Assembly: GCA_965220385.1 (NCBI GenBank)
Contig: OZ244825.1
Location: 2,441,142 to 2,505,141 of the forward strand
DNA length: 64,000 nucleotides
Origin: Candidatus Poribacteria bacterium
Lineage (GTDB): Bacteria > Poribacteria > WGA-4E > PCPOR2b
Direction: 5' to 3'
Position numbers and translations under genes: made by a program. Below, piece by piece: positions 9,891 to 18,544 of the stretch (position 1 is the first letter of the stretch; the number at the start of each line of letters is the position of its first letter). The notes under the pieces were generated by a model. That model was not told the DNA's origin and made no database searches. It saw nothing but the letters and a program-made list of their open reading frames with translations.

Positions 9891-10736
9891 TCAATGCGGT
9901 TTGCCCAAGCTCGCCGGTGGATTCGCTTTGCCAATCACACCGACAAGTACAATCATCGTGAGTAGATAGGGAAGGCTGTTTAGTAACTGCGGTGGGATGT
10001 GCCAGCGGTTGGCGAGTTCTAAGGCACTTGCGAATCCGAACAGTAGGCACGCAGCACCGGATCCGAGGGGTTTCCATTTGCCGAAAATGACCGCTGCCAA
10101 TGCGACGTATCCACGCCCGGCGGTCATTCCCTTTGTGAAATAGTGTGCTTCAGATGCCAAAAGACACCCGCCGATCCCAGCAAGGAGCCCGCTAATCACT
10201 ACGGCGAGATATTGCTGCCTCGATCGACTAAGTCCGAGCGCATCCAACGCTTCAGTGGATTCACCTGCCGCGCATAAGCGTAGCCCCAACACTGTCTTGA
10301 AAAGGATAATCTGGCTGATAATCACAAGGATAAGCGTCAGGTACACAACGAACGAATACGATCCGATCAACGGCAAATCCCAATGGATCAAGCCCTCTAC
10401 CCGCCGAGAGGTTGCGGTGCGTCCAAGAAACTCCGTGATACCAATTGCTAACAGGTTGATCGATACCCCGCTGACGATTTGGTCTGCCCGAAACGTAATA
10501 GATGCAATCGCGTGAAGCAAGCCCAGCCCGCCGCCGCAGACGATACCGATAAGCAATCCGACCCATGGGGAAGCCGAGACGTGTGTTCCAAACACATAAC
10601 CGAACGCGCCCATAAGCATCATACCTTCGAGACCGATATTCACCACGCCGGACCGTTCCGAGTAGACACCTCCGAGCGCTGCCACAGCCAAGGGCGCTGA
10701 CATACGAACCGTCGTCGGAATGAGCTCAAGAAGCAT
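9891..10736 (-). CDS. ABC transporter permease (BMP/simple-sugar-type inner-membrane subunit), orphan
   Basis: The protein has multiple TM helices and the conserved EGMMLMGAF block of BMP-family permeases. The likely start is at IMLLEL with an AAGGAA RBS. No ATPase or binding-protein gene is adjacent. Confidence 0.6.
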   Translation of the reverse strand: MLLELIPTTVRMSAPLAVAALGGVYSERSGVVNIGLEGMMLMGAFGYVFGTHVSASPWVGLLIGIVCGGGLGLLHAIASITFRADQIVSGVSINLLAIGITEFLGRTATSRRVEGLIHWDLPLIGSYSFVVYLTLILVIISQIILFKTVLGLRLCAAGESTEALDALGLSRSRQQYLAVVISGLLAGIGGCLLASEAHYFTKGMTAGRGYVALAAVIFGKWKPLGSGAACLLFGFASALELANRWHIPPQLLNSLPYLLTMIVLVGVIGKANPPASLGKPH

Positions 10737-10784
10737 TATGGGAAGTTCCTTTGGTGATGTGTGAAACAGCACACCAATCAACCT

Positions 10785-10810
10785 ATCACGTTTCACAAAT
10801 CACGTTTCAC
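10785..10810 (-). promoter_or_regulatory. tandem 12-mer ATCACGTTTCAC x2 (2-nt spacer) in the leader of the orphan ABC permease; candidate operator
   Basis: There are two perfect direct copies at 10785-10796 and 10799-10810, about 50 nt upstream of the permease start. The same 12-mer also occurs at 16130, 20582 and 60167. Confidence 0.4.
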
Positions 10811-10811
10811 G

Positions 10812-11850
10812 TTACTGGCACAGGTGCACCTTGACCGCGCCGGAACGCTTATCAGCCGACACTTTGAAGGCTTCAGTAACCTCCATAAGTGGGAACCGAT
10901 GGGTCACTAATTTTGTGGCGTCAACCCTACCCGACGCGATGAGTTCGATTGCCGCATCAAAATCGGTATCCATGCCGGTGTACCCGTAGCAGTTAGAGCC
11001 GGTAACAATCGCCTCCGACGCAACGATACGCCCCAAATTTACCTTAAGTGGCTCGTAGTATCCTGCAACCAAGACGACATATCCGCAACTCCTGACCATA
11101 GCCATCGCGTCATCAAAGTTGTGTCCGCCACCGACAGTTTCAATCACAGCGTCCATTCCGCGCCCACCGGTGATATCCTTCACATACTCCTTGGGATCCG
11201 TTTCGCCGATAGTCACCACATGGTCAGCCCCCAAGTCCTTTGCAAGCTCAGCTTGCTGATCATATTTGACGGTGATGAGCGTTTCTTTAACACCCGCCGC
11301 CACCGCCGCTGCCAAGGCGAACTGTCCGATGGTTCCGCCCCCGATAATTGCAACCCGGTCCTGATAAGTTGCCTGCGCCTGTCCTATCGCGCGATAGGAG
11401 ACCGCAAGCGGTTCTACCAAAGCGCCCTCCTCGAAACTCATGCTCTCCGGCAGCTTGAAAAGTCCCGAAGCGTGTGCGGTAGTGTATTCCGAAAAGCCGC
11501 CGTGTGTGTTCTGCGAAACCCATTTGCGTTCCAAGCAGTGGTTGTAGTAGCCTTTCCGGCAGTGGATGCAATTTCCGCAGTGTGAGAAACATTCAATAGT
11601 GACCTTATCGCCCGGTTGCAGGGTCGTAACGCCTTCCCCAAGCTCAACAACGATACCGCATGTTTCGTGTCCAGCGGCGAGGCTATCGGATTGACCCCAG
11701 TGACCAAAGTAGCTATGGAGATCGCTGCCGCAGATACCTGTGCACTTGGTGTCGATCGTAACATACCCCGGTTCGGGAGACTTTTTCTCTACCTCTTGGA
11801 TGCCTATCTGCTCAATACCGGTATAAATCGCTGCCTTCATTGTATTCATT
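10812..11850 (-). CDS. zinc-dependent medium-chain alcohol dehydrogenase (sorbitol/threonine-dehydrogenase-like)
   Basis: Motifs GICGSDLH and GHETCG, a structural-zinc Cys cluster, and a Rossmann GGGTIG motif are present. The start is at MNTMKAAIY with a GGAG RBS 7 nt upstream. Confidence 0.8.
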
Positions 11851-11898
11851 GCGATTTCTCCCTCAATTCTACCTATGCCTTGATTGTCAGTAGTTCGG

Positions 11899-12774
11899 TT
11901 ATTCGCGGATGAACTTCTGCATCCGAGCGTTATCACCCAACATCACTTCACCCATGTAGAGGTCGCCGTGCGAGTCCATCCAAAGCCCATGGGCACCGCC
12001 GAGAAACTCCCCCGGTACTTCACTCGATGCTGCACCACCCCAGCGGGTGATCAGTTCACCATCTAATGTATAAATGAGGAATTCATGGTCCAATCCAGCG
12101 ACATAAACGACATCATCGTTGGGGTCAAAATAGATTGTGTTAGGCTGTGGAACATCGGTCCATTCAGTCAGGTAATTCCCATTGGTATCGAAGATTTGGA
12201 GACGGTCGTTTGAACGATCGCAAATCCAGACACGGTCTTCTCTATCTATGCGGACACAGTGGGACAGGGCGAACTGCCCCGGTCCATCACCACGCTCGCC
12301 CCACGACAATAGTAACTCACCGTCGGGCGAATACTTGTGGACGCGTGCATTTCCGTAACCGTCCGAGATGAACAACTCCCCGGTAGAGGCAATCGCCAAG
12401 TCAGTCGGGGAATTGAATGGATCGCCGTCCGCGGGTGCGGCAGTGCCGGGCGTACCCAGCGTCAGCGTGAGTTCACCATTCCGATTGAATCTGAAGACGC
12501 AGTGATTATCATTGTCGATGCAATACACATTATCTTCACCGTCAATGTAGATGCCGTGTGCTGCCTTAGGAGGAAGAACACCGCTACCCCAGGTCTCCAA
12601 GAAATTTCCATCCCGATCAAAAACCGCCAGTGGATTTTCGCTCCGCGAGTAGGCAAAAACTCGATCTTGCGAATCGGTCGCTACCGCTGGAATCCATCCC
12701 CATTCCCAACTGTCAGGCGTTTTATCCCAATTCTCTGCTACCGTGTATCTATATTTACCTGTACCAAATATCAT
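11899..12774 (-). CDS. NHL-repeat six-bladed beta-propeller protein (peptidylglycine amidating-lyase-like fold)
   Basis: Repeated blocks of about 40 aa carry Asp/Gly-rich turns (DxxGNxY, VxDxxNxRIQxF-like). The RBS is GGAGG. No signal peptide is seen. Confidence 0.55.
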   Translation of the reverse strand: MIFGTGKYRYTVAENWDKTPDSWEWGWIPAVATDSQDRVFAYSRSENPLAVFDRDGNFLETWGSGVLPPKAAHGIYIDGEDNVYCIDNDNHCVFRFNRNGELTLTLGTPGTAAPADGDPFNSPTDLAIASTGELFISDGYGNARVHKYSPDGELLLSWGERGDGPGQFALSHCVRIDREDRVWICDRSNDRLQIFDTNGNYLTEWTDVPQPNTIYFDPNDDVVYVAGLDHEFLIYTLDGELITRWGGAASSEVPGEFLGGAHGLWMDSHGDLYMGEVMLGDNARMQKFIRE

Positions 12775-12923
12775 GTTCTATACCTCCAAATTGCGCGCTG
12801 ATTTATCGCCATCTCATAATTGAAGTCTCGAACTCGAGTTTAGAAGATACAGGAAAACGATCGTCCTGTCAAGCCCGAAATTAGATGCTGGGACACCTGT
12901 AAGAAAATATCCAACTGCCGCGA

Positions 12924-14087
12924 GTGGAACGTGAATCGGGAAGAGATTTTCTGTTGACTCGGGCATACGTTATCGGTAAAATGGATCTGCCTTTTTCCAG
13001 AGAGCAAACACAGATGTGGAGAGCGAAGAGGCCGTCAATGGGCAATGTGGAAGGTACGATCGAACTGGTCAAGCGCGATGTCCTGCTATCAAATTCGGGA
13101 CGATACGGCATCCCGGACGAACAGCTGCATTTCCCCTATCTGTATGAATCCAATAATGGCAACTGGTACATGACATATCGTGAGGGACCACATTTCGAAT
13201 CAACATTTGGTCCCGGCAATCGTGTCCAGTGTATCCAGTCGAGGGACAGAGGACGCACATGGCTTCCGTGGATGGGACTGGAGGTCGAACCTTTCCTGCG
13301 TCAGTTCTTTGTTACGCGGCTACAGGATGGGGGCCTTATCAGTTACCGATGCCGGATGGCAAAGCTTTATCAGTCATCTGGCGACACGCTCGAAGGCACA
13401 GCGATTATTCTGCGTTCTCAGGACGAAGGGGCGACTTGGACCCGACATAATGTGCCGGTAGCTAATCTGCCTTTCAGTTTGGGCAGCCAACTTGTCTCGC
13501 TCTGGGGACATGTGGTCGAGATGCCTGATGGGCGCCTGTTATGGCCCGTTTATAGTCGTGAAGGAAATACGATCTCTGGGGTCGTCCAATCTACAGATGG
13601 TGGGCACAGCTTTAAGTGGCTTGCGAATGTGTGCGAAGATAACACTGTCGGCGAGCGGCGTGAGCCGGGACTGATACGACTCCCCTCTGGAGAACTCCTT
13701 GCCTTAATCCGGTGTGGGACGCAACCATCTCGTCCCATGGTGGAGGTTCGCTCAGCCGATGACGGACGGACGTGGAGTTCGCCGCGCAGGCTTGCTCGCC
13801 CCGGCGTATGTCCCCAACTGATGATGCTGGGAAACGGTATCTTGGTATGCAGCTACGGTACGCGGAGATATGTGCATGTCATGGCAAGTTGGGATGGGGA
13901 AGGGGGGCAGTGGTCGGCACCCTTGGTGCTCTATGAGGGTCAAACTTCAGGCTATAGCAATCTCCAAGCGTTAGCCGATGACCGTTTCCGAGTTGTATAT
14001 CAAGAGGGATCGTTCGATGCCTATCAGGAGGGCGGCAATCGGCTTGTGCGCTCCGAGATCCAGATTAGACCGAAACGTTCGCCGTGA
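12924..14087 (+). CDS. BNR/Asp-box repeat protein, sialidase-like; start uncertain (GTG at 12924; ATG with GAGG RBS at 13038)
   Basis: Asp-boxes QSRDRGRTW, SQDEGATW, STDGGHSF and SADDGRTWS are present. This is a paralog of the 2438..3487 protein. Confidence 0.65.
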   Translation: MERESGRDFLLTRAYVIGKMDLPFSREQTQMWRAKRPSMGNVEGTIELVKRDVLLSNSGRYGIPDEQLHFPYLYESNNGNWYMTYREGPHFESTFGPGNRVQCIQSRDRGRTWLPWMGLEVEPFLRQFFVTRLQDGGLISYRCRMAKLYQSSGDTLEGTAIILRSQDEGATWTRHNVPVANLPFSLGSQLVSLWGHVVEMPDGRLLWPVYSREGNTISGVVQSTDGGHSFKWLANVCEDNTVGERREPGLIRLPSGELLALIRCGTQPSRPMVEVRSADDGRTWSSPRRLARPGVCPQLMMLGNGILVCSYGTRRYVHVMASWDGEGGQWSAPLVLYEGQTSGYSNLQALADDRFRVVYQEGSFDAYQEGGNRLVRSEIQIRPKRSP

Positions 14088-14107
14088 GGCACTACTTTGG
14101 TCTGACC

Positions 14108-14968
14108 TCACTCAACTGTGGGACCGTCCCCAGCTAAGGTTGTGCGGTGAAGAACGCGCTTGTACTTCCCACGATCCCAAGACCGTCCCCGGTGTAGACA
14201 GCAACGGTTATCGTACACAACAAGGTCATGTGCCCGCCATCGGTGGCGATACACAAACTGCCGTTGTGTTGCCCATTCAAGGAGTTCTTTCAGCAGGGCT
14301 TGCCCCTCTTCGGTTGGTAAGTCGTGAACGTGGGTTGTGTATGACCCGACCAAGAGCGCCCTCTTTCCGGTTTCGGGGATGGTGCGCACCAAGCGGTGAT
14401 CAACCGGTGGGGTATCTTTCTGGAACGCGTCACTCATCAGGTTCGGAGCAATCTGCGCCCGTGAGTATGCGATGCTATGCTCGGCGATTAGTTCCTCGAT
14501 ATCTGCTTTTTTCTTGTCAGGCAGGGCTGCATAGGCGGCAGTAAGACTGGCAAACTCAGTTTCACCCCCTTCAGGCGGCACAATCTTGGCAGAAAGTAAG
14601 GAGCCACGCAAGGGTACACGCTTGAACGAGCCATCGGAGTGCCAGAGCGTGTTGGCAACAGTATAAAGTGTCCGGGGATCTTCCGGCGGAATGATGTCGC
14701 CTTTTTCGTCGAGGTTGGAGATTACCCCAATAGGTCCACCGTCACCGATTGGGTCATTTGGCATCGTCATTTCGAGTGGGCCAAACCCTTCGCTGAACGT
14801 CACGTGCTGCGCGTCAGTGATTTCTTGATCGTGGAATACGAGCACTCCATACTCGCAGAGCGCACCGCGAAGTTGCTCAAATGTTTCTGCATCGATGGCC
14901 GAAGTGATGTCAACACCTTCCACTTCCGCCCCAATATAATCTTCCAATTTCCTAATTGTCAGAGCCAT
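14108..14968 (-). CDS. TauD/TfdA-family Fe(II)/2-oxoglutarate dioxygenase
   Basis: The 286-aa ORF has HxD…H ligands (WHSDGSF, …H near the C-terminus) in the TauD fold order. The RBS is GAGGA. Confidence 0.8.
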   Translation of the reverse strand: MALTIRKLEDYIGAEVEGVDITSAIDAETFEQLRGALCEYGVLVFHDQEITDAQHVTFSEGFGPLEMTMPNDPIGDGGPIGVISNLDEKGDIIPPEDPRTLYTVANTLWHSDGSFKRVPLRGSLLSAKIVPPEGGETEFASLTAAYAALPDKKKADIEELIAEHSIAYSRAQIAPNLMSDAFQKDTPPVDHRLVRTIPETGKRALLVGSYTTHVHDLPTEEGQALLKELLEWATQRQFVYRHRWRAHDLVVYDNRCCLHRGRSWDRGKYKRVLHRTTLAGDGPTVE

Positions 14969-15057
14969 CGGTTTTCCTCGCTAATCCGAAATGTAACAAA
15001 GTAGAGTTGAGGTTTTTCAGACTAAGAGCAGTATAACATCTATAAGGAGAGAATGTT

Positions 15058-15969
15058 ATGCGTCGTTTTAATCGAACCCCCTGTTACACCGGACCCAATG
15101 ACCCCGAAAGAGGTCAGGTCCGCGGTGTCCTTGAACTGGGCGAAACTGTCATCATCGAAACTATCGGTGGAGCAGATAACGACTATGAAGCAGCGGGCGA
15201 AACCAAGGCTGGAATGATAACCTCCGGCCAAAGCCATCAGCGCGATTCTCGTCCCGGCGGACCCTTTGAAATAAAGGGCATTGAGCCGGACGACTGGGTT
15301 TCCATTGAGATTATCGATATTGAGGTGGCACCCTACGGTTTCTATCGAAACGGCGGTCCCAACTGGGGCAATTGGCGATGTGTAGCACCAGTGCGTGACG
15401 GACTCATCCACTTTCCACCTGACTTCGTTGTGCCGGTACGACCAATGATCGGGGTAGTTCAACTTGCATCGTGGGCACCCAGCGGGATAGACCACGGCGG
15501 GAATATGGACTTCAACGCCATTCAACCCGGTAGCACCGTGCATATCCGCGCCCAAAAACCCGGCGGTCTTCTCCACCTCGGTGATGTCCATGCCCGGATG
15601 GGAGATGGAGAATTGACCGGTGCCGGGGTCGAAATCGACTCAGCCATCACCCTCAAGGTGGATCGTTCACCCGGTTTTCCGAACAGTGCGCCCGTGGTGG
15701 AAACGACTACTATGGTAGAGAGTGCCGAAGAGTATCTCACCAGCGCCATAGCGGACAGTTGGGGAGAGGCACTAAGATCCGCTTGGACCGAGATGGTTGC
15801 GTTGATTGTCGATCGCTACGACACCAGCGTAGAATACGCCAACATGATCGTCGGCACAATAGCGGATGCCAGACCCGGTTTTGCTACCGGCTACATGGGC
15901 GGCTACCTGACCTGCCAATTAGCCGTAACCAAAGAATTGCGCCGAACCGGGAAACCGTACGAACCATAA
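15058..15969 (+). CDS. acetamidase/formamidase (FmdA/AmdA) family amidohydrolase
   Basis: The 303-aa ORF has characteristic FmdA_AmdA blocks. The RBS is a strong AAGGAGAG. Confidence 0.7.
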   Translation: MRRFNRTPCYTGPNDPERGQVRGVLELGETVIIETIGGADNDYEAAGETKAGMITSGQSHQRDSRPGGPFEIKGIEPDDWVSIEIIDIEVAPYGFYRNGGPNWGNWRCVAPVRDGLIHFPPDFVVPVRPMIGVVQLASWAPSGIDHGGNMDFNAIQPGSTVHIRAQKPGGLLHLGDVHARMGDGELTGAGVEIDSAITLKVDRSPGFPNSAPVVETTTMVESAEEYLTSAIADSWGEALRSAWTEMVALIVDRYDTSVEYANMIVGTIADARPGFATGYMGGYLTCQLAVTKELRRTGKPYEP

Positions 15970-16061
15970 AATGTACATTGGTTCCGGTAAAGAGATCACG
16001 TAATAGCTATAGGGTAGAACTCTCGGTTTTAGACCGGAGGATTATTCTTACTGATTGCTTC

Positions 16062-16085
16062 GTAGGTCGGGCATCTTGCCCGACC
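16062..16085. repeat. REP-like element, family B (GTAGG + perfect hairpin GGTCGGGCA-TCT-TGCCCGACC)
   Basis: It lies in a convergent intergenic region. Related copies are at 34415, 50321 and 62071/62093. Confidence 0.6.
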
Positions 16086-16182
16086 ATGCCAACGCACCTA
16101 TGAACGGAGGAATCTGTCCCGTTTTACGCATCACGTTTCACTGCCTCGCTGCTTGGCACTATTGTTCAAATGAACCTCAATG

Positions 16183-17175
16183 CTACAGCCCCAACGCTTC
16201 CGCCTGCCTACAAGCGGACTGAATGAGATTCCGCACCCGATCGCCCTTATTGTGCTCCGGTCGTTCATGCAGCCAGCCTAACAGTGCCAGTGACCGGATT
16301 AACAGGAACATCGGAAGTAGCTCAATAGCGGCTTCAGAAAGAGCGCGCTCCGAACGGTAGCCTGCAATGAGTGCGTCGCGAGCGACCTCGAAATGGGGTG
16401 GCTTCCGATACGCGTCGAGTGCAACGGCAATTTCGTACTGATGCCAGCCGAAACCAGAGTCGTCAAAATCGATTACGTGCAACTGCTCTCCGTTGACGAG
16501 CAGATTATGAGGGTGCAGATCCGCGTGGATTAGGCTATACGTTCCTCCCTCTTTGCCGTAGTCGGACAGCACACGATGGATGGCACGACGGGCATTGAGG
16601 ATATGCTCCCGCTCCGCTGCTTTCATCTCTGGTAGGATCCAAAAGGGACCCCAAAAGGGCGTATCTCCCATAAAACCGTCCGCATCGAATGCGTGTCGTT
16701 GGAAACCTTCCGGAATCTGCCAACTGACCGCCTGATTGTGAATTCTGGCAGCGATGTGTCCGAGTTGGTTGAAATGCAGCGCGAGCGCTTCCATATCGGG
16801 TGCCTGATCCATGATGCTCGATAGCGTTACCCCATCAAACCATTCAACAATTCCGACGTGCCGGGTTTCCGTTGATTTAGGCACGGGAACTGTCGCGTAG
16901 CCACGACCATCACGGGTCAGTCGGGGTAACGGCACACCTATACCCGCCCGTTTCAGCGCAGCTGTCCACTGCTGCTCGGAGTTCAGTTCCGCGAGCGTAT
17001 GATAGCCGGGCCGATGGATGCGAAGCACATAGGTTTCGCCGGCATCTGTATCAACACGAAACACGGTGTTTTCAGAGATAGAGATTAGCTTTAGCTGCAC
17101 GGCAGAAATATCCCATTCGTCCAACGCTCGCTCGGCAATCGCCCGCAATGTGTCGCGGTTAAGGGGCTGTGCCAT
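16183..17175 (-). CDS. aminoglycoside/choline-kinase-type phosphotransferase (APH family; homoserine-kinase-II/hydroxylysine-kinase-like)
   Basis: A Brenner motif HADLHPHNLL and the DFDDSGFG Mg-binding loop are present. The start MAQPL (GGAGGAG RBS) overlaps the upstream aminotransferase stop by 17 nt. Confidence 0.75.
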   Translation of the reverse strand: MAQPLNRDTLRAIAERALDEWDISAVQLKLISISENTVFRVDTDAGETYVLRIHRPGYHTLAELNSEQQWTAALKRAGIGVPLPRLTRDGRGYATVPVPKSTETRHVGIVEWFDGVTLSSIMDQAPDMEALALHFNQLGHIAARIHNQAVSWQIPEGFQRHAFDADGFMGDTPFWGPFWILPEMKAAEREHILNARRAIHRVLSDYGKEGGTYSLIHADLHPHNLLVNGEQLHVIDFDDSGFGWHQYEIAVALDAYRKPPHFEVARDALIAGYRSERALSEAAIELLPMFLLIRSLALLGWLHERPEHNKGDRVRNLIQSACRQAEALGL

Positions 17176-18442
17176 AAATCTCCTCCACGATCTCTGCGAA
17201 CGCGGTGAGGAACAGATCGGCGTGTTCACGAGAAAACACTAAGGGCGGACGAATCTTGAGAACATTGCGCAGTGATCCGGCACTGCCGATAAGAAAACCT
17301 TTGTCCTTCAGGCGATTGACGAATACCGTGGCACCATCACGGTCAGGTGTTTTAGTGTTGTGGTCACTTACCCATTCCAGCCCGATGAATAGTCCGTGTC
17401 CACGAACTTCTGCCATAGGTGGACAATGCGGCTGAAGTTTGGTCAATTCAGAGCGGAGATAATCACCAACACGGGTAACATTCTCTCGCAGATTCTCAGT
17501 TTCTATCACGTCTAACACTGCCATACCTACCGCCGCCTGTAACGGACTGGAAGCAAAGGTATTGAAGTAGCGTTTACGGTCGCGGAAAGTATCCACCAGT
17601 TCCGTTCGCGCAACAGTCCCAGCCAAGGGCAGTCCGTTACCCATCGGCTTGCCCATTGTGACAATGTCCGGCACGAAGTCCATCACCTCGTAACCCCACC
17701 AGCTGCCCGTCCGACAGAAGCCTGCCTGTACCTCGTCTGTGATGAACAGCCCCCCTGCATTGCGAACCATTTCGGCTGCCTTTGGCATAAAACCGTTCGG
17801 GATATCGGGCAGACCTTCGTTGGCGAGGATCGGACAGACCAACATACCCGCAAAGGGGATATTATTGGCAGCAAAACTGTCAAGTGCCATGTGGACTTCC
17901 GATAGGTAGAGATCGGTCAATTCGGATTCCGATACGCCTTCTCGCAACGGACGGTAACGCTGCGGATACGGGATCGGGTGAATCTCAGGATCCCCATCCC
18001 TGGCGCGTGTGAGCTTGCCGACCTCTGCACTGTTACCGTGATACGCCGCATCGGTGCAGATGATCCCCCGTCCGCCGGTTGCGATACGAGCCATGCTCAG
18101 GGCGACTTCGTTGGCTTCTGTTCCGGTACAGGTGAACACAACACTTGCCAACTCCTCGGCGTGTTGGTTGGTCAGACGCTCGGCATAATCGAGAACGCCT
18201 TCGTGCAGATAACGGCTGTGGACGTTGAGTGTACTTGCCTGCCGATGCATCGCTTCGACCACATGCGGGTGGCAATGCCCCACACAGGGGACATTGTTGT
18301 ACATGTCAAGATAGCGATGTCCATCAGGATCAAACAGCCATACCCCTTCTCCACGCACGATGTTGACTGCCTCTTGGTAGAAAAGTGGTGTCCCGGTGCC
18401 TAGCAGTCGTTCACGACGTGCAAGTAAGTCGGTTGTCGTCAT
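17159..18442 (-). CDS. class-III (ornithine/GABA-type) PLP-dependent aminotransferase-like protein
   Basis: The protein is about 427 aa and has class-III aminotransferase architecture, including a PLP-binding Lys region (…TMGKPMGNG). The start is MTTTD with a GAGGA RBS. Confidence 0.8.
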   Translation of the reverse strand: MTTTDLLARRERLLGTGTPLFYQEAVNIVRGEGVWLFDPDGHRYLDMYNNVPCVGHCHPHVVEAMHRQASTLNVHSRYLHEGVLDYAERLTNQHAEELASVVFTCTGTEANEVALSMARIATGGRGIICTDAAYHGNSAEVGKLTRARDGDPEIHPIPYPQRYRPLREGVSESELTDLYLSEVHMALDSFAANNIPFAGMLVCPILANEGLPDIPNGFMPKAAEMVRNAGGLFITDEVQAGFCRTGSWWGYEVMDFVPDIVTMGKPMGNGLPLAGTVARTELVDTFRDRKRYFNTFASSPLQAAVGMAVLDVIETENLRENVTRVGDYLRSELTKLQPHCPPMAEVRGHGLFIGLEWVSDHNTKTPDRDGATVFVNRLKDKGFLIGSAGSLRNVLKIRPPLVFSREHADLFLTAFAEIVEEIYGTAP

Positions 18443-18544
18443 AATTTCCTCGTTTGGTAATCTGTAATTGCAATTTTTGGTCCCTGCTTTGTTTCTCACC
18501 CGATCCCCTTATCTATCTTTGCACATCGTTCTTCAGGGATGCAG

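Noticed and set aside
11121-11912. Multiple 98-154 aa ORFs in both strands within the alcohol dehydrogenase locus
   Set aside because: They overlap the conserved ADH reading frame 10812-11850. They are typical high-GC alternative-frame ORFs without RBS.
16146-16162. TTGGCACtattgTTCA resembling a sigma54 -24/-12 element
   Set aside because: The -12 element lacks the GC of TTGC. It points into a convergent gene end with no downstream plus-strand gene. It is likely fortuitous.
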